In this document: positions 32,388 to 42,943 of the stretch, piece after piece | Layout of the letters: each line of letters starts with the position of its first letter | Position numbering within the stretch: the first letter of the stretch is position 1 | IMG/VR virus record: IMGVR_UViG_3300033141_004289 | Span: 1 to 64,000 of that record | Strand: one strand, 5' to 3' | Length of the DNA stretch: 64,000 nt | From: a virus | Notes under the pieces: generated by a model | Told to the model about the DNA's origin: nothing | Seen by the model: the letters and a program-made list of their open reading frames with translations, nothing else | Database searches by the model: none | Position numbers and translations under genes: made by a program

Positions 32388-32620
32388 TGGATTTTTAAAG
32401 GATTAAGAATGCATAAAATCTTTGTAGACATGGATGTTCTACGGTCTTTAATAACTAATGGATTTCAAGCATCCAAAATAGCCAATCATTTCAAAATATC
32501 AGCACCAACAGTAAAACGAATCTGTAAAGAAAATAAACTATTTCATCAATTAAAAGCCAATGGAATTAAGGCCAATCAAGAGCATTGTAAAGTTGTTAGA
32601 TTTAAATATTGAGGTTTATC

Positions 32621-33043
32621 ATGAAGATTTTCTTATTATGTTTATTGGTTGTGCCATTAAATTTATTCGCTATTAATTTATTTCCAGATATTAAATTTAC
32701 TTCTGGTTCTTTTTGTACTGCTAAACATTCAGATTTTAAAGAGTATAGATATAAGGCCAATATTCCTATCTGTAAAAGAAGAGTAACAAGTGGTGTAAAA
32801 ACAAAGGTTTATAACAGCTATAATGTACCTAAATCAGAAAGAAAAAATTATACTGTTGACCACTATATTCCATTATTTATGGGTGGGGATAACAGCATAG
32901 AAAACTTATGGCCTCAACATAGGATGCTTAGTACAGCAAAAATAGAACAAAGGCTTTATTTTTTACTATCAGGTGGTAGACTATCACATAACGAAAGTTT
33001 GTGGTTTATGCTGGAGATTAAAAACAAAAAACCAAGGAAGTAG
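32621..33043 (+). CDS. Secreted HNH-motif protein
   Basis: Signal peptide MKIFLLCLLVVPLNLFA; VDHYIPLFMGGDNSIENLWPQH. Confidence 0.75.
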   Translation: MKIFLLCLLVVPLNLFAINLFPDIKFTSGSFCTAKHSDFKEYRYKANIPICKRRVTSGVKTKVYNSYNVPKSERKNYTVDHYIPLFMGGDNSIENLWPQHRMLSTAKIEQRLYFLLSGGRLSHNESLWFMLEIKNKKPRK

Positions 33044-33249
33044 TATGTTTATTTCATGGGAACAGGCCAAGAGTATCTTACAGCAGAGGATTATTGAGCT
33101 GTCCAAATTTGATGCTATGGATATTGATAGGATATCTTCCGAAAGAGAAAGGGCCATAGCAAGGATTAGCCAGCAGACTTTAAAGCTCAATAAGCGCCTA
33201 TTAATGGAGAGTAAAGGCCATAAAAGCAATGGCCGATATCACTAACCTT

Positions 33250-33555
33250 CTATTTAGCCTCCTTTTTAAAATAGATTGCTTCAAATGATCTTTTAGATAA
33301 ATATTTATGATCTAATTCTGGGTTTTCTTCCCTGCAGGTTTTAGCATCAAAATAATCCCTTTCAACTTTAGCATGGACAACAATACATTTTTCAAACTTA
33401 TAATTTTCATCTAATAATAACCTGTTTTTAACAAATACTTCGACCACCTTAATCTTCTCTTCAATTTCAGTTTTTTGTTGTCTAAGCATTTTCAATTCTT
33501 TAACATATTTTTCTTGGTCTTCACTTAGTTCTTTTATTTCATTTAGATTTTCCAT
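33250..33555 (-). CDS. Hypothetical protein (minus-strand island)
   Basis: Intact ORF with SD, last gene of the island. Confidence 0.6.
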   Translation of the reverse strand: MENLNEIKELSEDQEKYVKELKMLRQQKTEIEEKIKVVEVFVKNRLLLDENYKFEKCIVVHAKVERDYFDAKTCREENPELDHKYLSKRSFEAIYFKKEAK

Positions 33556-34196
33556 GACTTCTCCTTTTACTGTGACCTCTCATTAATTCTTTAACAATCC
33601 AATTACCGAATGAGTGTAATTCACTTATATCCATATTTTCAGATAGTTCTAATAGCTTTTTAAATTCACCATGTTTAAAAAGATTCGCATTAGAAATATC
33701 TCTCCTTTGTTTTAGTTTTCTACTTTCACTCATAGCGAGTTCATGCTCAATTGCCCACGTTTCGGCCTTCTTATGCCTTTTCATCCAGTCTATTAAGTCT
33801 GGTGAGCTTAATATCGTTGTGCCGTTTTTCTTAGTGTGCTTGGCTATATACCAAAATCCAATACTAGTTTGCTTCACTGCACAATTCCATATTTTTTCCA
33901 TACCTTTTTCATCTAGAAATACACTCCTTAATTTTCCATTTATAAATCGTCTACCCTTATAAGCGAGGGCAATTTCACCTCTTTTTAGTTTTTCTTTTTT
34001 CATCCTTATCTCCCTTCTATAATTACCCATTTTTCAGCCACATCTAGCAAATGGTTGTAGTTACCGGATTTCATATCTTCCATTTCTCTTTCCACTGCTT
34101 CCTCAGATGCGTTTTGTTGTAGCATCGCTTTTTTAACTATTCCCATAATGGCAAAGGCGTTTCCCATCGGACCATTAATGTCGATAAAATAAGTTT

Positions 34197-35066
34197 TCAT
34201 TCTTCCTCCTGTTTTTTATTTAATATATAATCTGCGGCTTTTTGGGCCTGAGCAGCACCTAGTATTAATAATTTTGGGTCATCTTTTAATCGTTTAATCC
34301 AACCACTAATGTATGCAACTGAGTTATCCATTATCTCTTCACTATTTATATTTGTTTCAGCACATAAAAATGAACTAGTTATTTCAGCGACAATTTCTTC
34401 TTTGCTATATTTATGATCTCCAAATTTTCCTATATTAGTTACCCCTTCTCTATCTAACCTTTTTACATGGCCTGTAGAGTGACCTAATTCGTGGAATAAG
34501 GTTGCATAATAGTGTTCTGGATTATCGAATGTTTCCTTTTTAGGCATTGCTATAGAGTCTGACTCTGGATTATAACAGGCCCTAGAACCTCTTATTCCAA
34601 TTCTAGGCGGTTCCTGCATACCTGATATAACCGATTCACATTTATAGATCGGATTAAATTCGTTTAACTCAATTTCAGGTTTATCGTATTCAATCCCTTC
34701 TGTTTGCTCTAAATTAAATACTCGATAGTATCTTAATGTAAAAAATGTTTCATCTTTTTCAACACCTTCTTTAACTACTTTTTTGGTGTAGGTTTTCCAA
34801 AATACAATTGGAAAACTTTTTTCACCTTTTATAACCTTGCCTTTTTTTTCACTTATCTGCTTATAAGTTAGCCAATAAGGTGACTCATATCCGGCCATCA
34901 ATAAGAGGAATACATTTATCCCTCTATATTTAGAATCTGATTTAAAATTTTTAGGCCATTGCTCAGAAGATTTCCAAGGTTTATGCCAAGGGATTATACC
35001 CTCTTCTAATTTTTTAATAATTTGATCTGTAATAATCTGATAAACATCTAATTTAGCCATATCCAT
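34197..35066 (-). CDS. ardC: ArdC-like ssDNA-binding antirestriction protein
   Basis: ITDQII..LE.G..PW.KPW, YRGIN, WLTYKQ, VFN..Q, HELGHSTGH, EE.VAE. Confidence 0.9.
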   Translation of the reverse strand: MDMAKLDVYQIITDQIIKKLEEGIIPWHKPWKSSEQWPKNFKSDSKYRGINVFLLLMAGYESPYWLTYKQISEKKGKVIKGEKSFPIVFWKTYTKKVVKEGVEKDETFFTLRYYRVFNLEQTEGIEYDKPEIELNEFNPIYKCESVISGMQEPPRIGIRGSRACYNPESDSIAMPKKETFDNPEHYYATLFHELGHSTGHVKRLDREGVTNIGKFGDHKYSKEEIVAEITSSFLCAETNINSEEIMDNSVAYISGWIKRLKDDPKLLILGAAQAQKAADYILNKKQEEE

Positions 35067-35575
35067 ATCCTTGTTTTTTATAGTTACACTTCTCCTAAAT
35101 AAAAGAGTGTTGATAAATATTGGTTGTTTGTTGGGTCATTTTCACGATCATGTTCATTAATATACTTTATTGAATTGTTAGACTGGTGAATCTCATAATG
35201 GTATAAAAAATTGTTAGGATTTAATCCCCATATTTTGATATCGTATCTAACAATAACAATCTTACCGAAAATATCTAAATATACACCGTTTGGTAGTTGC
35301 ATTTTAACCTCTATATGTTTTTCATTTTATTAAAATAATACTTACACTGCTTATGAATTTCTTTATCCGTATTTCTTGCTATGATGCCATGTAGTAGGGT
35401 AGTTAGAATATCCACTTCACTATTAATATTATCTATACATTCTTCATGGTTTTGTTCCCATGTTGCCCTTGAAACACTCTGGTCTTTAAAATATTGCTCG
35501 TGAAGTTCACTCCAATATTTAATGTTTTTTAGATGTAAATTAATTTGATCTCTTGTTTCTTTTAATAGCTGCATT

Positions 35576-36247
35576 TTACCCCTCCCTTTTCATTTTGTTC
35601 ATAAATGCCATTTCTTCTTGCTTCATTTCGTACTCGGCAAATGCTGTTTTGTCTTTTCTATGCTCGAGCGCATCTTTTCTATCATCATATTCCTGTGATT
35701 CAATCTCACCATCGTTGTAAAGGTTTTTTAATCCTTCCAATTCATCTTTAACTTGATCGTCAATTTTCGTTCTCTTTTTCTTTTCCACTAACGGCTTACC
35801 AAATATCATTTGGAAACAAATAGGACCAAATCCACTTAGGATAGATTCAGGAACTGTTAAGGTTCTCGCACATTTAGCACAATGACCTTTATGATAGAAA
35901 TTTACATGATCGGGTATTTTGTGATCATTTAAGCAGATTACAAACCAGATAATTGATTTAACTGATTGAGCATCCCTTCCAATTCTGGATTTATGAGAAT
36001 GATTGTAATAAGTCTTATCGCCTTTAACTCGGAGTGAGCCTATAAAGGTGTAATCAGAATCGTTGTCTGAGCCAGTTAAAACATTTACGAACCAAATATC
36101 AGGTGCATCTGGACTCTGCTTTTTGTCATCTTTTAATTTTTTGATCTTATAGGTTAGTCGATTACCTGTCTTTGTATTCTCCATTGTAAAGGTGCAATTA
36201 CCTGCTAAAACGAACTCTTTAATGTTATGCTTAATAATGTTGTCCAT
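35576..36247 (-). CDS. DUF6011-like zinc-finger phage protein
   Basis: CAKCARTLTVPESILSGFGPIC. Confidence 0.7.
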   Translation of the reverse strand: MDNIIKHNIKEFVLAGNCTFTMENTKTGNRLTYKIKKLKDDKKQSPDAPDIWFVNVLTGSDNDSDYTFIGSLRVKGDKTYYNHSHKSRIGRDAQSVKSIIWFVICLNDHKIPDHVNFYHKGHCAKCARTLTVPESILSGFGPICFQMIFGKPLVEKKKRTKIDDQVKDELEGLKNLYNDGEIESQEYDDRKDALEHRKDKTAFAEYEMKQEEMAFMNKMKREG

Positions 36248-36274
36248 AATATCTCCCTATTTTAAAGTGTTTTA

Positions 36275-37066
36275 TTACCAACGATATCTGTTACTATTTA
36301 GTCTTCGAGTTGAAAGGTCATCTCGTCTTTGATTTGCTTCTACAGCACCTTTTTCTAAAAGTGGCATAAGAACCTTTAATAGCTTTTTGTAGTTTTTAGA
36401 ATTTAACTGGATTTTAAAAGTTCCTGTAACATGTGGCCCATGGCCGATTCTTACGAGGCCGTTATCTTTTAATCTGATGGCGTAATATCTGTTTGAGGTA
36501 GTCGATCCTCGAGACGCATTTTTGATTAATAAGGTAGGTAAGCACCAACCAAAACCTTCAACATACCATAATTTAATCTCACTATAGAAGCCCAGTTTTT
36601 GCAATTTTTCTATCTCGGCACACCCATATTTCATACCTTTAATTTCTGGATTATTTAACAAATCTGCTGGTGTAAGGCCGCAAGGTAATGCTTCGCCTAA
36701 AATCTTAATTGCTGCTGTAGCTGTTTTAAGAGCATCTTTATATCTTTTTATTTCGCTCTTTTTGAAAGACTCGTCTTCCTTTTTATCCGCAGCTTTTTGT
36801 TTTTTAACATAGGCCGGATATTTTTTTAAGGCAGCTTTTTTGAATATCTTGATTTTAGTGTCGTCACTAAATTTTGGTGGCTTTCGAGAATCGTATAGTT
36901 CACGTGAGGCTGAAACCATACCGCCATATGTATCTATTATAGAGTAGTCACTTTTACTATCACCTATCTTTATTAAAGCATCAAAGGTGTTTTCATTAAC
37001 TAGGTATTTTTTTCTTTCAAATGTGAATTTATAAGCAAACTCTCTGAATTTTTTTAAAATAGCCAT
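36275..37066 (-). CDS. First gene of the early island, hypothetical
   Basis: SD AAGGAG before ATG 37066; the track's upstream ATG lies inside the promoter -10. Confidence 0.7.
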   Translation of the reverse strand: MAILKKFREFAYKFTFERKKYLVNENTFDALIKIGDSKSDYSIIDTYGGMVSASRELYDSRKPPKFSDDTKIKIFKKAALKKYPAYVKKQKAADKKEDESFKKSEIKRYKDALKTATAAIKILGEALPCGLTPADLLNNPEIKGMKYGCAEIEKLQKLGFYSEIKLWYVEGFGWCLPTLLIKNASRGSTTSNRYYAIRLKDNGLVRIGHGPHVTGTFKIQLNSKNYKKLLKVLMPLLEKGAVEANQRRDDLSTRRLNSNRYRW

Positions 37067-37100
37067 TGTCTCTCCTTGTTTAAAATAATGGGTATAACCC

Positions 37101-37129
37101 ATTATAGCTCACTGCACTAATATAGTCAA
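37101..37129 (-). promoter_or_regulatory. Near-consensus sigma70 early promoter
   Basis: Minus strand TTGACT-N17-TATAAT. Confidence 0.85.
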
Positions 37130-37147
37130 GTGTTTAACTTGACTATA
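37121..37147. repeat. Inverted repeat overlapping the -35
   Basis: TATAGTCAAG-N7-CTTGACTATA. Confidence 0.85.
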
Positions 37148-37268
37148 CCTATGATATTACAGGGTTAGCTTTTTTGCAGATTTCGAGTAAAATAGGTGGG
37201 AAAGGCAGCTAAATTTAGTGGATATAACCGCTTAATAGTAGGTGTTTAACTAATAACAAAGGATTGTT

Positions 37269-37997
37269 ATGCATTTTATAACTAAGGTATTTTGGGCGTT
37301 TAGGCCCATTGTTAAGTTTATTGATAAAGCCTTTACTGCCCCTTTTTCTGTTAAAAAAATCACAGGCGATCACTATTATCTATGGAGGGACCAAATTCAG
37401 TCTGGCATGGTCTTTTTAACTAATATCCGAGGTTCAGGTTCTAACCTTATAAACCCTTCCGATTTTAACCATTCTGCTATCTATTTCGGCAAGGGCCTAA
37501 AGTCTGCGATAATTGAAGTTTTAAATGATCTAGTTTATGAATATGACCAAACTAAAGATGTAAATCTAATACCTGTTATTGATAGGCTAAATCTCTTTTT
37601 ATTAAATCATGATATAAGTGACCATATCTGCTATGTTATTGAGGCATTAGGAAAGGGTGTAGTTATTAGCAATTTAGTCACCTTTATAACTACTAAAGAT
37701 AGGGTGATGATATTTAGTCCTAAATTTGCTTCTCTTGAAAGAATAAAAGACACACCGAAGCAAACACTTCGCCATTTAGGGCTACCTTATGATTATGGGT
37801 TTGCTCATGATAATAATGCTAAATATTGTTTTGAACTAGTTGTTGATGCTTATCAGGATGACTTTAAGGATTTAAAGCTTCATCAAAAAGTGTATAGCAT
37901 TTTTGGAAAAGAATTGTATCGTGCTTATTTATCCGATACCTTTACTGATAAGGATAATTGGATGTGCGTTATAGACTCAAAGGACTACATAGTTTAA
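37269..37997 (+). CDS. Permuted papain-like NlpC/P60 (YiiX/YaeF-like) protein
   Basis: FNHSAIY, VIEA, G.PYDY.F, YCFELV (His before Cys). Confidence 0.75.
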   Translation: MHFITKVFWAFRPIVKFIDKAFTAPFSVKKITGDHYYLWRDQIQSGMVFLTNIRGSGSNLINPSDFNHSAIYFGKGLKSAIIEVLNDLVYEYDQTKDVNLIPVIDRLNLFLLNHDISDHICYVIEALGKGVVISNLVTFITTKDRVMIFSPKFASLERIKDTPKQTLRHLGLPYDYGFAHDNNAKYCFELVVDAYQDDFKDLKLHQKVYSIFGKELYRAYLSDTFTDKDNWMCVIDSKDYIV

Positions 37998-38003
37998 TCT
38001 TAT

Positions 38004-38032
38004 TTGTAAAAATATAGTATATGAAATACTAT
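38004..38032 (+). promoter_or_regulatory. Sigma70-like promoter for the RRM-portal operon
   Basis: TTGTAA-N17-TACTAT. Confidence 0.5.
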
Positions 38033-38072
38033 TAGATGTACGTTAAATTTTCACCGAAAAGGGTTGTTGTTT

Positions 38073-38324
38073 ATGAAGAACAAGTTATTCATCGGTGGCT
38101 TAAATTATAAAACTAAAGAAAAGTCACTTAAAGAAGAATTATCAAAATATGGCTCAGTTCTATCACTTAGAATAGTGGTAGATGTTGAATCTGGAAAATC
38201 AAGAGGTTTTGCGTTTGCAACTCTTGATTCTGAACAAGCAGCCAAAAAGGTCATAGAAGAATTAGATAATACCATTTTTGATGACCGAAGAATTGGTGTC
38301 AAAGAATCAATAGATAGGAAGTAG
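38073..38324 (+). CDS. RRM RNA-binding protein
   Basis: RNP2 LFIGGL and RNP1 RGFAFATL. Confidence 0.92.
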   Translation: MKNKLFIGGLNYKTKEKSLKEELSKYGSVLSLRIVVDVESGKSRGFAFATLDSEQAAKKVIEELDNTIFDDRRIGVKESIDRK

Positions 38325-38326
38325 TA

Positions 38327-40033
38327 ATGTCAAAAATACAAATTAATCCGAATGTGAATTTAAACTATACTCCAAAGAGTAATGTTATTTCGGTAACTAA
38401 CAAACTACCAAATAACGAAGATTATTCTAAAGCATTAAAAGAATTTTTCCAAGCTGCTGAAATAAATAAACTAAGTGGGTTAGAAAATCATTATGCTTTA
38501 ACTGCCTATGCTGCAATTTATACGAAGGTAGCAAGTCAATTACAGGCCGTAATTAGATCAGTAGATAATATGAGATCATTTTATCTGGTTGATGTTATTT
38601 TAAGCCAGATAGCAGAAGATTCACTAGCACCTAGAGTTGGTAGTGAACAGTTGCTAAGATATTCCCACCCTAATGAAAGTATTCAAAAAGAATTAGATGA
38701 CCTACATAAAAACATTGGGTTAGATCAATTAATTGAAAACATAGCACCTGATATTTTAGCTTATGGGGAATACACATTAGCCACTAGAATAGGTGAACCA
38801 CCCCAAGTTAAAGAAGATGAATTAGGTAAAAAGAAAAAGAAATTTAAAGCTAAAAAAAGTGGAAAGGGTATTATTGATGTAACCGATATTGTAGATCAGG
38901 GAACTGTTATATCTTTAACGCAAGATGGGAAAACGGAGGGATACCTAGTTGTTAATGAACAATCAGGAAAAGTTGAAGTTAAGGAAACTGCAGACTACAT
39001 TAAGTTTTCTTTAGGTGGACAAAGGGTAAGAGTAGATATTAAAAAATCTATACCTGATGGAGCATGGAGAAACAATTCTTTAAAAGAAGTGTTAGATAAT
39101 ATTCCAAGATTTATTAGAGTTGGAAAATCTGTCTTATATCCAGTTTTATCTAAATTAAAAGAATTAGAATTATTAGAAAAACTAATACCAGCAACCAAAA
39201 TTAATAAGTTGTCGCAGGGTAACTTAGTTGGAATGAACCTACCTGAAAATTTTGATTTAGAAACTGCTCAAGTAGCTGTTAAGAAAATTGAAGGAATGAT
39301 AAATAAACGAGTTAATGTTGACCCTTCAACTCAAGAGATAACTGTAGAATCTATTTTATCAACTGCTGGAAAAACAAAAATTATTCCTTTATTTGGTGAC
39401 AAAGGCTCATTATCTAATATGGATTATAAGTCTGATGAACCAGATAGTTTGATGGGTGATACTAAAGAAATTAGAGAACTAATTCTGGATTCAGTTGGTG
39501 TTCCATCTGAATTAGTATTTAAATCCGATGGAGAATCTAAATCAGAAATTCTAAAGAGATATGCTAAATATATTAGAAAATTAAAAAGGCTTCAAAAAGC
39601 CATTGCTACAGGCTGTAGACAAATAGCCTTTATCCATTTAGCTAATAGAAATATTAAATATAAAGAAGAAGAAGTTGAAGTCATCTTTAATAACACATTA
39701 GTTGAAATTGATAATTTAGATACATTAGAACATGCTGATGTAACTCTTGGATTATTGGCCAATGTAAGGGATTTCTTTAATGATATGGCAGATGAAGATA
39801 GTCCATATGCAGATAACATTAACTTAAATAAAGTAACTGAATATTTAGAATTTAATTTGAAAACTATTGGATTATCTGATGCTATGATCTTACCTAAAGA
39901 AGGTGGTGGTGATGTTGATGCTAAAGCAGATGAAATTGGTGATGTTTCACCCAATGTTAAAGCAGAACCTAAAGTTGAGGAACCAGTTGATAACGAAGAT
40001 GACGGGGAAGAATTAGTAAAAGAAGAGGAATAA
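38327..40033 (+). CDS. Portal protein (T4 gp20-like)
   Basis: 568 aa, first gene of the head module, GKSVL, GVPSEL, KRLQ patterns, acidic tail. Confidence 0.75.
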   Translation: MSKIQINPNVNLNYTPKSNVISVTNKLPNNEDYSKALKEFFQAAEINKLSGLENHYALTAYAAIYTKVASQLQAVIRSVDNMRSFYLVDVILSQIAEDSLAPRVGSEQLLRYSHPNESIQKELDDLHKNIGLDQLIENIAPDILAYGEYTLATRIGEPPQVKEDELGKKKKKFKAKKSGKGIIDVTDIVDQGTVISLTQDGKTEGYLVVNEQSGKVEVKETADYIKFSLGGQRVRVDIKKSIPDGAWRNNSLKEVLDNIPRFIRVGKSVLYPVLSKLKELELLEKLIPATKINKLSQGNLVGMNLPENFDLETAQVAVKKIEGMINKRVNVDPSTQEITVESILSTAGKTKIIPLFGDKGSLSNMDYKSDEPDSLMGDTKEIRELILDSVGVPSELVFKSDGESKSEILKRYAKYIRKLKRLQKAIATGCRQIAFIHLANRNIKYKEEEVEVIFNNTLVEIDNLDTLEHADVTLGLLANVRDFFNDMADEDSPYADNINLNKVTEYLEFNLKTIGLSDAMILPKEGGGDVDAKADEIGDVSPNVKAEPKVEEPVDNEDDGEELVKEEE

Positions 40034-40036
40034 TAT

Positions 40037-40546
40037 ATGAAAATTACAAATGAAATCATGGAGATGATGGGTACAAAAAAGATTATTAAATCTGTGGCTA
40101 TAAATATAAAAGATGGCGGAGATGGGTATAATAAGGCCGTTGATAAATTAGACAAGTCAGGTGGCTCGATTACAGATAAACAAGATAAAGAAGGACTAAT
40201 ATCTAATCTTATTGCTAAAAAATTAGATATCTCTAAGGATACTAATTTCTCGTTTGATTTCGCTAAATCAAAGGGGGATAAAATTGTTGTCTCAGGAGTA
40301 ATTATTGATGAGGCCCAACATTATAATACTAAAATACGCCAATTAGAAGGTGCAGGTAGTAGAAAAATAAGACTTGGTGTTAAGCAATGCGTCGAAATGT
40401 CTGAACGGATGTTGAATCCTAATAATAATTATCCAAATCCAGCAGATGAATTAGGTAGAATTGCTTTGTTAGAAGGTATTCAAATGATGAATATGACTAT
40501 GAAAAAGTTAAAATCTGTTAAAGATAAAAAGGGTAAAAAACAATGA
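40037..40546 (+). CDS. MKITNEI-leader protein
   Basis: Leader MKITNEIME. Confidence 0.55.
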   Translation: MKITNEIMEMMGTKKIIKSVAINIKDGGDGYNKAVDKLDKSGGSITDKQDKEGLISNLIAKKLDISKDTNFSFDFAKSKGDKIVVSGVIIDEAQHYNTKIRQLEGAGSRKIRLGVKQCVEMSERMLNPNNNYPNPADELGRIALLEGIQMMNMTMKKLKSVKDKKGKKQ

Positions 40547-41214
40547 AATTAATACAACAATTATTTGAAGAAATGCTTCCCCAATCATCTGATCTAATTA
40601 GATTAGCTTTAAATCAAAGAATTTTTGATTTAGGTATCGAGGGTGTTTTTGTAGAGGAAGTAGATATTGAATTTGATGGGGATGTTATAGTTGAGTTTGT
40701 GGATAATGAACAAAACGAAATGAGTGTACTATTTCAATATGACCCAGTTGATGGTGCTGAAGCAATAGTTATAGATGATGAAGGTGGGGATTTTGAGGAT
40801 GAAGAGAATGGTGAATTTGAAATTGATATGATTGATATTGACCCATTAGTTCCAACTATTATCAACTTAGGTAATGGAACTCACTCAATTGATTTAGTTA
40901 ATAATAAATGGATGAATAGATCATTTTTTGATGCTTTATTTTCATTAGCAGATCATATGGAAAGTATGCCAAGTGATATTGATGAAAGAGCTGCATTTGT
41001 TATTAAAGGTGGTAAAAAGGTAAAGGTAGCACTAGTTAGAAGAAAAAGAAAAAAGAGACTAACTTCTAAACAAAAAGCTGGTTTTAAAAAGGGTGCTAGA
41101 AAAAGGAAAGCAAAGAAGGGCCAAATAAATAGAAAAAGGGCCAAATCTTTAAAGGTTCGTAAAAGACTTAAACTAAAGAAAAATACTAATAAGAAATTAA
41201 AGGTAATGCGATAA
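40543..41214 (+). CDS. Prohead core protein (gp68-like)
   Basis: Acidic N-half, very basic C-terminus VIKGGKKVK..RAKSLKVRKRL; lies between portal and protease. Confidence 0.6.
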   Translation: MKLIQQLFEEMLPQSSDLIRLALNQRIFDLGIEGVFVEEVDIEFDGDVIVEFVDNEQNEMSVLFQYDPVDGAEAIVIDDEGGDFEDEENGEFEIDMIDIDPLVPTIINLGNGTHSIDLVNNKWMNRSFFDALFSLADHMESMPSDIDERAAFVIKGGKKVKVALVRRKRKKRLTSKQKAGFKKGARKRKAKKGQINRKRAKSLKVRKRLKLKKNTNKKLKVMR

Positions 41215-41732
41215 TGAAAGTCATCAATGAAATAAATAATTTTTTATGGGCAAGCATTTTTGAATCTATTGATCTGAATGAAAACATTAACATGCGGTTT
41301 GTTTCTGAAAAAGAATGTGACGAATATATTGAAAGAACAGAAATTTGGAGAATTGAAGGGGATGAATCTGACCCTGAGGGGACAGAGGTGCTTTCAGCTT
41401 ATTCTAAAGTTGACGGGTCATATATAGGTCAAATTAAAGAAGCTGACATAATGGTGAAAAAATGGGGATTATCCCAAATTCAAAAAGCCGAAAATGGTCA
41501 CAGCGTTGCATCAATCGGATTTAATGAAAAGAAACAAGAATGGTGTGGGTGGAGTCATAGAGCAATGTGTGGTTTTGGAATTGGTGATAAAGTATTTGAT
41601 GAAAGTTTTGGCGGCACAATGGATATAGGCCAATTGGAAAAAATGCCCTTTAGAAAAAGGGGTAGTATAGTTATCGCTAAATTAGAACAAGCAAAAAAAG
41701 CAGCAAGTAATTTTGCTAAATATGTGAGCTAA
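41214..41732 (+). CDS. MKVINEIN-leader protein
   Basis: Leader followed by SIGF..W.GWSHRA..GFGIGD conserved phage domain. Confidence 0.6.
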   Translation: MKVINEINNFLWASIFESIDLNENINMRFVSEKECDEYIERTEIWRIEGDESDPEGTEVLSAYSKVDGSYIGQIKEADIMVKKWGLSQIQKAENGHSVASIGFNEKKQEWCGWSHRAMCGFGIGDKVFDESFGGTMDIGQLEKMPFRKRGSIVIAKLEQAKKAASNFAKYVS

Positions 41733-41959
41733 AATGGCAAAGGAAAAAGAAGAATTAGTTGGTAAGGCCTTAATGACAGAGCTTTCAAGATATGCTCTTA
41801 GAATTGGTAGAAAAGCCGAATCCAGTGCAGTTAAAGACAAAACTAATTTAATTTTGGCCATTGGTTTAATAAATCATGCCCAAGGATTAGTGGAAGTTGA
41901 TGCCACTAAAGCAAGGCGTTTAATGGGCCAAGTTAAGAAACTGATATAAGGGGTTTTGC

Positions 41960-42211
41960 ATGGATGCTAAAGGAATTGGTGTTGGTACTATATTAAGTGG
42001 AATAATTCTTGGCTTAATTGCTTGGTCAGGTGTTCAGATTGTTTCAAATGCAAAGGCAGTTACTAGATTGGAAGAACGAGAAATGGCCACTAGGGATATT
42101 ATCATTAGAATGAGAACTGATTTTGATAAAAGATTGGATAGTATAGATTCTAATGTAGATTGGATAAGACGAAATTTATATTATAAGGGAACCCCTATTA
42201 GGGGTAAATAG
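41960..42211 (+). CDS. Single-TM coiled-coil protein (possible holin-like)
   Basis: N-terminal hydrophobic helix then coiled coil. Confidence 0.4.
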   Translation: MDAKGIGVGTILSGIILGLIAWSGVQIVSNAKAVTRLEEREMATRDIIIRMRTDFDKRLDSIDSNVDWIRRNLYYKGTPIRGK

Positions 42212-42223
42212 TAAGGACAAGTC

Positions 42224-42943
42224 ATGAAATTTAATACAACTTTAGATGCACAAACATTTTTAACTGAGGTTAGAGAGTTCTCTAAGATTAAAGATGCTGA
42301 TGAGAAGTATGAGCCAACTAATGAGGAAGTTCAATCATTTTTAAAGGCCCGCACACCGTTAGTTAAAAAATTAAAAAATAATAGAAAATCATCTGCTCAA
42401 AAAGCAAATTGGCGACAAAATAGATATAAGATGATGAAAGGTATTAAGGCCTTCCATAAGTCTGTTAAAGGGAAGAGATTTCATAGAAAATTAGGTACTT
42501 TTTTAGCCACTAGATTATTTCGTGCTAAAACAAGTGAAAGTGGCTTTTCAATGTTATTATCAAAGCAGGGTTATTTGAAAGGACTTAATTCAGCAAAACA
42601 GCATTTATTGGTTGAACTCGAGTATTTTCATCAATTACAAGAACAGGTAGAATTAGAAGAGTTTATTACTGATTATGCCTATCCTTATTTTAGATCGATA
42701 GAAGAAAAAGTTATAATAGACGAAGATTTGACAGATGATGAATTAGTGTTCTTGTTTGATTTAGTTGAGGCCAATGCTTTGATAACTTCATTTTCTGATA
42801 AAACAGGGTTAACATTTGCACAAATCGAGAAAATGTGGAATGCTATAAGGAATGATTTAAATAAAGAAGGGATTACAGATGATGATGAAAAATTTTATCC
42901 CTTTTTGGTTACTCGTTTAAAAAAACAGATAGGAATTAAATAG
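42224..42943 (+). CDS. Putative prohead core protein
   Basis: Basic W..NR.K..GI..FHKS..GKRFHR segment; immediately before the protease. Confidence 0.45.
   Translation: MKFNTTLDAQTFLTEVREFSKIKDADEKYEPTNEEVQSFLKARTPLVKKLKNNRKSSAQKANWRQNRYKMMKGIKAFHKSVKGKRFHRKLGTFLATRLFRAKTSESGFSMLLSKQGYLKGLNSAKQHLLVELEYFHQLQEQVELEEFITDYAYPYFRSIEEKVIIDEDLTDDELVFLFDLVEANALITSFSDKTGLTFAQIEKMWNAIRNDLNKEGITDDDEKFYPFLVTRLKKQIGIK

Noticed and set aside
39592-40155. Minus-strand 187-aa ORF and other antisense ORFs in the track
   Set aside because: Shadows of well-supported plus-strand genes with Ser/Phe/Leu-rich composition and no SD
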